This document shows positions 55,701 to 64,000 of a stretch of 64,000 bases of DNA, piece by piece. The stretch covers positions 4,092,001 to 4,156,000 of the forward strand of contig CM060731.1 in the NCBI GenBank assembly GCA_030704615.1, written 5' to 3'. Origin of the DNA: Takakia lepidozioides. Lineage: Eukaryota > Plantae > Bryophyta. The notes beneath the pieces are model-generated. The model saw only the letters and a list, made by a program, of their open reading frames with translations, searched no databases and was not told where the DNA came from. Position 1 is the stretch's first letter; every line of letters begins with the position of its first letter. Both the position numbers and the translations under genes were made by a program.

Positions 55701-56450
55701 TCTATCAAAATGAAGGTCATGGCTTGTATATTCCACCCTCCATGAAGGAGGGAGCATTGACAGGGGATAGCTTGAGTGTACGCACACACAACTGGTCACA
55801 CTTACGCTTCATTTTAGCAGGGGCTCCACTCTCATGAGCTTGTACGCAACGAATCTGTCCTCCTTTTGCTATCACCACTCCTTCATGATGGCACTGATTC
55901 CTCCAGACCACAGACACCCCCTTCCCCCCTTAGACCCTGCAAGGTAAGATCGTTTTCTAGGACAGAGCACTATCCAATAGCTCACCCTCACTCCTTCCTA
56001 AAGATACAGCCTAACTTTGGTACTGTGGGCCTCTGGTAGAGCGCAACCTTAATGTCCTTGACAGACGGATGGGAAGTTGGTGATGGATCTGTGATGGGTT
56101 CTAAGTTGTAAGCAGCGTGAGTAGGCCTCTAACGTCATGCACGCTACAAACTGTGAGGGCCCACGGCCCATGTGTGAGATAGCGCCCTTGATAACCCCCA
56201 AGTTTTGGCTGTGGCATGGACTGCAGGAGATAGCTCCAGATACAGATACAGCAGTGAAGAGGCTGGTTATAGAGTTAAATGTCCTTCATCTTCGTAACTT
56301 ACGAAGGGGACACCACCCCATAACCAGAGAAACAAGAGTCAAGGAGTGAAGCGAAAAGGACGAATAAGTAGAAAGCAAGCTAGAATGAGGAAGCAGAAGA
56401 GAACTAAGCAAGTAGAACTAAGCAGTAAACCTAGCTTCCTGTGCTTAGTT
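52750..56450 (-). mobile_element. Heavily degraded Ty3/gypsy-like LTR retrotransposon remnant
   Basis: Minus-strand traces only: integrase-like PVPEFTYNN (cf. LPLAEFAYNN) near 52850-52885; gag-like PVWAQFRK...FCPE near 55400-55445; a possible LTR end ...GGCCCTCACA near 56152. No intact ORF. Confidence 0.4.
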
Positions 56451-56899
56451 TCTCGAAGTATAATTGAGCTTTAGATTTGGCTTTCCTAAAACTCCTATGG
56501 TTATGCCAGTTAACTTCGGGCTCCTCTCCTTCAGCTGGTGATAGCCTTGCCGAAGGAAGTTCCCAGCATGCAGGGAGGGCGTGGTGCCAGGCAATACTTG
56601 AATCAGAGATAGGTATATTCCATGTCATCATCAAGCAAGGTGTAGTTGTGCTATCCGTCTTTCAGCTCACCTGCAAACACACCATGCTTTTGAGCTTCAG
56701 ACATCAAAGATGAACCCATATATGATCACTCTTAAGCAAAGCTGCTTCTCTTAATAGATCATAGCTCATCAAGATTTTCAGATACTCTAGATGACTTGCG
56801 CCATAAGAGTCGTCTAGACTGGGCAAGAGAACTTCATTAGGCTCTTGCATTAAAATTTAACAAGAGTAGTGAGGAACAAAAGAAAGTCAGGTTGCCATT

Positions 56900-57410
56900 T
56901 GGAATGAAGCTTGCCAATTGCCAGACTCTACGAGCCAGCAGGGAAGGTACTCAATTGTTTCAAGAGGTTGTGGATGGATAACAGAGGAGGAAGGATTGTC
57001 CAGGACAAAGGCCCCCACAGGCAGAATTTAATTAACCAACTTCCACATAAAGGTGGATATATTCTATGCACTCTCTCTCCTCCAAACATCAAGCCAAATT
57101 GTCCGGAGAGACGATTACCACATGGATTGTTTTGGCATCATCAAACTGTAGCCCAACATGTAAGCATAAGAACTGTTTTTGGACATCCACATCCCACTCA
57201 TCTGGGTCAAATTTCAGAGCCAATGGAGGCCAGTCATTTGGGATTTAGAACGTCTCCTATCTGCAGCAAAAGGTTTAGACCATTAATTCTAAGGCCTCCG
57301 GCCTTACAGAATACTTCCTGTAGTGCAACAAGTAGAAGGAAGGTATTGTCCACAAACATAAATTCCTTGACCTGTGTTTGTTTTCTTTTATTGGCTCATC
57401 CATAAAGAGG
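56900..57410 (-). mobile_element. Degenerate L1-type LINE reverse-transcriptase remnant
   Basis: The minus frame across ~57270-57380 reads QVKEFMFVDNTFLLL...EVFCKAGGLRIN. This resembles the plant L1 RT motifs LFADDT and FCxASGLxIN. Surrounding sequence has many stops. Confidence 0.55.
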
Positions 57411-58371
57411 AGATTACGCAGTAGTGTCTTGAAACCTTTGGGAAAGCCTTTATCAGATTCCCTCAATTAACTATTAACTAATAGTGTTGATATTATATTA
57501 TATGTATTTTCATCACAGTAATATTTAATTTTAAGCTTAAGTCAATTTTATCTTTTCTTTCTCTCTTATGTTGGTTACCTAGTTGAAAGATGTTTTGTTG
57601 TTGTTTTGGGGAGTTGATCCCAAGACCGACTTCTTTGCTTACCAATGCACTAATATGGCTTAGCGCCGTACTTTTCCACTTTCCACAACCTCAAATTTTT
57701 GTCAGATCTTGGTCCCTTCAAATCCTTTGGATCCATCAACTTACATATCATTTTTTATTTCTTTATATCAAGTTGTAAGATTATATTTTCTATAATACAA
57801 TTTGTCGAATATTGTTGAAGTTTATATTTATATATCATAAACTGTATAACATCATTATTATTTTTTATATATGTATACATATATTCTCAAATATAGTTTG
57901 AATACACGGAACTTAAAACAAATTAAAGTTATTGCAATCTAATAAACTATAAACTTCCTCCACTACTTAATTATTGAGGTTACCTTTCCCTCTTGTAATT
58001 AATCCACAATCTATTAAAAATCAGGCCAACATCTTCTAAAGAGGATCATTGCAAATGGTGATGAGAATATTTGACCTCATGCTTCTCCAAAAAAATCTAA
58101 TTATTGTGACTGGTTGTAATGGGTTTGCAGTGAATATCTGCAAGACAATGACATGCGGGCCAATAGGGTCCTTATCTTTGCTAGCAAACATAGTACCCAG
58201 TGCAATTTCAGCTTTGTTATAAGCTACTATCTCACTTGTAGACCCTGTTTCTTATTCACATGTAAAAATCAAACCGCTACATGGCTAAATTAAATTAAAC
58301 GCAAATTTAAACAACTTCTTTTATTGAGCAAGGTACTAATTTGGCTATGATTTCATAATAAAATTATGCAC

Positions 58372-58609
58372 ATCGGCTGGTAGCTCAGCTGGTAAGTGCA
58401 CAGTGTGTCGCCTTGGTGGTTCAGGGTTCAAACCCGCTGCCCTGCGCCGTGTGTGGGATTGTTCGTGATGGTATGTCTGGGAGTTGATCGTCCTGTAGGC
58501 CTCATGGCCCATAAATGAAAGGGGGTTAATTTTTCCCCCTCCTCAAGGGCCTGAATTGTGGGCTGTCGCTCCCAGGTTTCCTTCATAAAAAAAAATTTTA
58601 AAAAAAAAA
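58372..58609 (+). mobile_element. tRNA-derived SINE, apparently full length
   Basis: A box TAGCTCAGCTGG (58381), B box GGTTCAAACCC (58425), a ~140-bp unrelated body and an A-rich tail (58587-58609). Flanked by TATGCAC at 58365-58371 and 58610-58616 (TSD). Confidence 0.85.
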
Positions 58610-58804
58610 TATGCACTTATGTTACATGATAATTTTCATCCTCTTTCACGGTGATGATGATATTTTCATCCATTGTTGGAGCCAACTTATTGTGATGTTT
58701 ATCTTACAATATGTGCTATACATGGGGAAAGCCCTCTCACTAGGGCATTATGGATTTGAGGGCCCGAAGTCGAGGCCAATACTAGCTAGTATTGATGAGC
58801 GTTT

Positions 58805-59100
58805 TTAGGACTAAGGCTTTGGCGGAGTCATAAAAACTGCACTAGGTACATGACTACAAGCGCTAAAATGCATTACAGTTTTAGTTTTATGACTTTGTAG
58901 TAATGGATATCACTACATGACTCCGGAAAGTTAGGGAGCATTGGTCAAACATTGTTGACCATGATGACAGGGATAGTTTATATGACTAGTGTGATATATT
59001 TGACTACACGTGGACGACGTTTCATGGAATCTTATGACTCCATGACTGAAGATGGTTTCAGAGCTCTATTTATACGACTACATCACTACACGTGTCATTT
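58805..59100. repeat. Cluster of short (A/T)TGACT/CGACT motifs, possible CACTA subterminal repeat region
   Basis: About 8-10 TGACT/CGACT/AGTCA words within 300 bp. CACTA pentamers at ~58738, 58840, 58911 and 59084. The cluster lies 3' of the minus-strand CACTA transposase. The opposite TIR is outside the window. Confidence 0.4.
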
Positions 59101-59119
59101 TGAAGGCACATATAATGCA

Positions 59120-59180
59120 AATAAGGTTGCCCATTAGGTTTAAAAAAGTTAAAAAAATTGCTAATAAGGTTGCCCATTAG
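59120..59180. repeat. 18-bp direct repeat AATAAGGTTGCCCATTAG
   Basis: Exact copies at 59120-59137 and 59163-59180, separated by an A-rich spacer. Confidence 0.85.
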
Positions 59181-60185
59181 TGTAATCGTGAACAGAAAGG
59201 AGGGCTGGGACTTGGCGTCTTTTTGTCTCCTGCGCCACACCACATAGCTGAGGGATGGAACGCGATGATAGCAGGATATGCAGGGGCGTGGGATGGAGGC
59301 GTTGAGCAAATGATGCACGAAGGAGAAGAGGAGGAGGAGACGAGACGAGGAGAAAGCGAGCTCGCCGTTCTTGGGAGAGTCAGCTTGGTCTTAGCAAGCG
59401 TGTTTCAATCTCTGACTACTCATCTACGCCGTAGTGGTTCGATCTGACAGACCAATCCGACATTACCTGACTACAGACACAAGCAGCACACACAAGAGGT
59501 CATCGGTCAAATCCTCCATGGGTCAGGACAGGTCAAGGACAATGTGGTAGGCACCCTTCTTCAACCTATTTCAGCCTGTGTTGCCCTCTCATTAGACTCG
59601 GCCGCAAGATGCATATTGAATTCTGTAAGTTAGGTCGTTGGGTAGATCTGTGGTGGTTTGGAGTGACTTTGGCAAGTTACTGCCAGTGTGGCAGTAGGGA
59701 AGTATCCAAAAACATATAATAGAGGTGAGGAGAAGCTTTGGGGTGAACACTTTCCGACCCCAATGGTGGGACAATGGAGACAAAAAGGCGAATGCCTGTT
59801 GGACTACAGAGAGAAGCAGATGCATTTCAGATTGTGATAAGTAGGGTTGGGGTGTTTTGGGGAAGAACTCCACACCAGTATGGTTGGGGTGTTTGCTGGT
59901 AGAATTGTAGGCTGTCAGAGGCATGGATAGCTGAAGGAGCAGGGATAGAGTGTGGGTCCAGATTCATCCAAGAGGGCTGGATTTCAAGCTCCACATTACC
60001 TATGATTCCCTGTGGAAGGATAGGTACAAGAAACCTACATGGGTAGATGGTCAACTGGAAGCGGCATGGTAGTCATTACTGTACTATATGTCATTCCAGA
60101 GACTGTCATTGTTGGTCCATGTGTTTTTACAACAATGCTATCAATATAAGACTCCTGGTTCGCATTGGAAGCTCAATCCCTGCAA

Positions 60186-61030
60186 GTTCATTGTGTGTGA
60201 AGCTCAAACTTGCGATTTGAAGGATCTTGTAGCCAAGTTCATTCAACCGGAAAGGAAAAATTCTGAAAGCTCCCAAATTTGATGTGGGCAAGCTTATGGA
60301 GGTAACTGAGCTTCCCTCCTCTAATGTAAGTGTTGGATAAGTTTCATTTAGTGTCGACCTTCACTGCATATATTGGCTCTTTTCTTGGCTGGTATGATGT
60401 TGGTTGGCTTCTTTCATTTCACGTGTGTAGTGGAAGGGGAGAAGTACTTTCTAAGTTCTGCTGCAACAATGTCTTTTTCCAGCCTAGATGTTTTCGATGG
60501 ATACAAATTGAAGTGCTTTGAATGTTGCTGCAATACTATAATAAAGTGGAGGGTGCTGAATGCAGTTGGCCTTGCTTCGTGCAGGCATAATCCAGGGAAA
60601 TGTGGACATAGCTGAAACCCCATGATAGCATTTCCAGAGGACGGTGTGGATGGCCTCACAATCCAGCATGCAAAATCCATGACAATGTGGAGCTGGCTGA
60701 ATGGGCAAACAGGTTAAGTGGCGAACAAGCCACGTCACTGGTACATAGTTGCATGCTTACATAGTACATGAAAGCGTACTATATGTCATTCCCGAAATTG
60801 ACCATGTTGGTCCATGTATTTACAACAATGCTATCATAAAAGACCAATGGTTCGCATTGGAAACTCTATCCCCTAAGTGGCTTGTGCGTGATGCTCAAAC
60901 TTGTGATTTGAAGGATCTTATACCCCAGTTCATTGCAGAGGTGATTGGAAAAGACATTGAGAAGGCAACAGCCGTTATCTATAATCTACAGATCCCTTCA
61001 ATTTGATGTGGGAAAGCCGGCTGGCTGGAG
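60186..61030 (+). pseudogene. RPS3A: Two fragments of 40S ribosomal protein S3a (eS1), in tandem-duplicated units
   Basis: Copy 1 (~60186-60301) reads EAQTCDLKDLVAKFI...[15 protein letters not shown] and is followed by a GTAAC donor. Copy 2 (~60880-61030) reads RDAQTCDLKDLIPQFIAEVIGKDIEKATAVIYNLQ...FDVGK. Both match the eS1 C-terminal region [52 protein letters not shown]. Confidence 0.88.
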
Positions 61031-61383
61031 GTCTAGTCTCACTTTCACTCATCTAATGTCAGTGTTGTATCCATTGCAATGTGGAGATGTTTGAAACAAC
61101 ATTGGAGCATTTCCAGAGGATGGTCTGGATGGCCTTTCGTGGCGTGTGCCGAATCCATGGCAAGAAAACATTGCAGGCAGAACCCATGGCAATGGTACCA
61201 GCACGGGTTGGTCCAAAGCCAATTGCAACAACAAATGAATAAAGGGTGCTGAAAGGAAAGCACTCCATAATTGATCATAAAATCCAGTGTCCAAGCATGA
61301 TATCTTAATGGGAATGCGAAGGGAGTGTTACCACCTTAACTATCATGCATGGTCTATAACTGGAGTGCACAAATCGCGCATAT

Positions 61384-64000
61384 CTAATCTTCATCATCCT
61401 CATCTATGTCTGGGTCACTACATGTATCACTGTCTTCATCACAGACTTGATCTTGTCCAAGGGTTGGCTGAACATCATCACCACGTATACGGGGTGCTCG
61501 GAGGTACAGGAGGCCACCTGCTCTGGAGTAACCGGTACCGCTCGGCTGCATGTTGGGCATCAGTAACCAAAGTCTCTCTAGTCTTTGTGGGGCTAACAAT
61601 CCTTCCACTTCCGCCACATCATCATTATCAATTGATATGTCGCAGACCACTCTACGTGCTCGGGGCTCTTCTCCAGGACGACTTTCCACCCCGGCTCCTT
61701 CACACAAATCAGAAAAAAACACTTGATCAACCTGGCCAGGAAACACAAAAGGTTGCTCAGAAGGTGGAAGCATACGGTTAAAATTGACAAGTGTGAAGCC
61801 AGCATCATCCTGCTTCATTGACATAGGTTGACGACCCACGCGACTCGCCCGTACCCACGAACACAAAAACACTATAGGCTGTGTTTGGCCATAGTCAATT
61901 TGCAAAATCTCCCTTATAAGACCCACATATCTTGTAGGTTCCTCCATGTCATTGCCTGAATTGTTGGTAATGGGCTGGTGCTGGAAAACAGATGAGACTC
62001 CACAATCAAAAGACACATACTTGTTGTGTTTCATGCCGGGGGATGTAACCCTGTAATGGTTACCATACGCTGTCATACTCTTGAATGACAGGGCAGTAAA
62101 TGATGGAGGCCTTGAAAGATCCAGTAATTCCTCACGTGTTGTAGGATCAAGCCCATCTGATTGAATTGAGAGATGATCCCGTTTCCAAAATGGAGGACAA
62201 GATGCAAATCAGGAGGGTACTGAATTGCCGTGGGATTGCTCATGCCTTCCAGCCCTTGCTCCTCACGAAACAAGCGTCGTCTGGCTTCTATCCGTGTGGA
62301 CTCTGCTTCATATATCCTGTCACAATCCGAGGGTCAGCCAGGAGATTGACAGAGGTGGCGTGGGAGATTTGAAAACGCCCATATGCCAACTAATGATAAA
62401 TGACTAAAACTTGGAAATCTGAATGTCAATGAAGTAGATTTCTTACCCCAACATGACTGATAGACGAGGATGGTTCTGAATGATGTACTCATGTACAATA
62501 TCACACAGGTCATTCAATTTTCGGGCTTTAGAACTTCCTTCCAACTTCACGTTCCACAGATTCTGCCTCATCTGCATCCCACACCCTTCGTACACTTCCA
62601 TCAAATCCTGCCATATACTTGTGCAAAAACCCAATGCTTCTTCAAATTGGTATCCTTCTGCCATGCTCCCCTCGGGCCTTGCCATGTTTCTTACGTAGCC
62701 CTTCATATCTTTCATTGCCCGCTCCATGGGGTACATCCACGAGATGCTACGGGCCCGCATAAGTACAACTCATCCACTAGGTGAACAACCAGATGTGTCA
62801 TCACATCAAAAAATGATGGTGGGAACTCCTTCTCTATAAGACACAGAGTGAGAACTGCTTCAGTTCTCAATTCCTCATACTCTACAGGATTCACCACTTT
62901 TGCACACAACTTCTTAAATACACGACATACTCGCAAAATGGCCCTTCGAGGACCACTTGGCATGAGCCCACGGATAGCAAGCGGTATAATTTGCTGCATG
63001 AGCACATGATAGTCATGTGATTTCATGCCTGACAACTTCTTCTTCACCACATGCTTTTTGAAAGCTGATGCGTAGCCTGTTGGCACTTTCAAGTTCTGCA
63101 CAATCTCCAGAAAGACTTGTAACTCAGCCTCAGTGAGGACATAAGGGGCAGGAGGCATAATTAACGTATCTGCTTCTGTCAGGATCACGTTGTAGCCACA
63201 ATTCCGGGCGCATCCCAAGTAGCTCCAAATCACGGCGAACTTTCAATGTGTCTTTCTCACCAAAGATAGTTTTAATAATATTTTCAGCCAAGTTCTTCTC
63301 GCAATGCATTGCGTCAAACGTGTGGCGGATGAGGAGACCCTACAAAATGAACACATAAGCAATTGAGCATTTACTCATCACAATTTAAACAGAAAACGCA
63401 AAAATGTACACAGCCAATTTAAAGGCCATGAAGGAATTACCTCCAATAAGGTAAGACATATAAAATTGACAATCGCTTAACTCCATGAGTTTTTTGCTGG
63501 GTCTGTCCTGCTATCTGGCGTCCCTCCGTTTTCCACCCATGCAGTGCGAGCTGTTGCAAGGTCCTTGATTTGTGTTCAGTCTGCGTTTTGGAGGAGTTCC
63601 ATGCTCAGTAGCGCCATTGAACATTCTTGACCTTCTATATGGATGATTGCGGGCCAAAAATCTTCGGTGGCCTAGGAAAACAATTTTTCCACATGTGTGT
63701 AACTGCTGTGAAGTCACCCCGGGTCCACAAGCTGGACAACCAGCATAACCTTTCGTCACTTGACCTGAGAGCAAGCCATATGCAGGGTAGTCATGGATTG
63801 ACCACATCAACACTGCCCTCAGTGTGAATTCGCGTTGACCACGAGGACGGGAAACATCATGAGCTGCAATCCCTCTCCATAGTTCCAGTAGCTCTTCCAC
63901 TAGGGGCATCAGGTAAACATCTACGTTGTCCGAGGTAACAGACTCCTTACAGGAATCAGTAGCGCTAACATGACAAAGAACTTTTTGGTCATTAACCACG
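61384..64000 (-). mobile_element. CACTA/EnSpm transposase (TnpD-like: Transposase_21, DUF4218, DUF4216), frameshifted, continues past the window end
   Basis: Motifs DVYLMPLVEELLELW, LMWSIHDYPAYGLLSG, FLGHRRFL, RHTFDAMHCEKN, GMKSHDYHVLMQ, FPPSFFDVMTHLVVHL, WMYPMERAMK, PEGSMAEGY, YVGLIREILQIDY, QPFVFPGQVDQVFF. Several frameshifts. Introns near 63340-63441 and 62370-62446. Confidence 0.93.

Overview
Eukaryotic nuclear DNA from a land plant. Gene content, intron sizes and the LINE type suggest a non-seed plant such as a bryophyte (inference only). Six protein-coding genes can be built by hand with splice sites: the 3' part of a large BEACH-domain gene (BchC2-like, +, 1-18106); UDP/dTDP-4-keto-6-deoxyglucose 3,5-epimerase/4-reductase (NRS/ER, -); an ASR/ABA-WDS-like gene (+); U2AF65 (-, 18 exons); an orphan Glu-rich coiled-coil gene (+); and a plastid ABC1 kinase, ABC1K6-like (-). 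The last ~11 kb is transposon debris: a probable gypsy remnant, an L1 RT remnant, a tRNA-derived SINE, duplicated RPS3a fragments and a degenerate CACTA transposase. The most notable observations are: (1) a ~640-bp inverted copy of ABC1K exons and introns inside a downstream intron of the same gene, so the pre-mRNA can form a long hairpin; (2) a young, tail-less RTEX-like LINE with a perfect 15-bp TSD in a U2AF65 intron, plus two older copies sharing a conserved 3' stem-loop; (3) a candidate autoregulatory poison exon with an AG-free U/G tract in U2AF65 intron 4, and a frame-breaking degenerate exon 6; (4) intron-bearing RPS3a fragments, duplicated next to the CACTA transposase. No database searches were run. 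Family assignments come from recalled motifs and exon limits may be off by a few bases.
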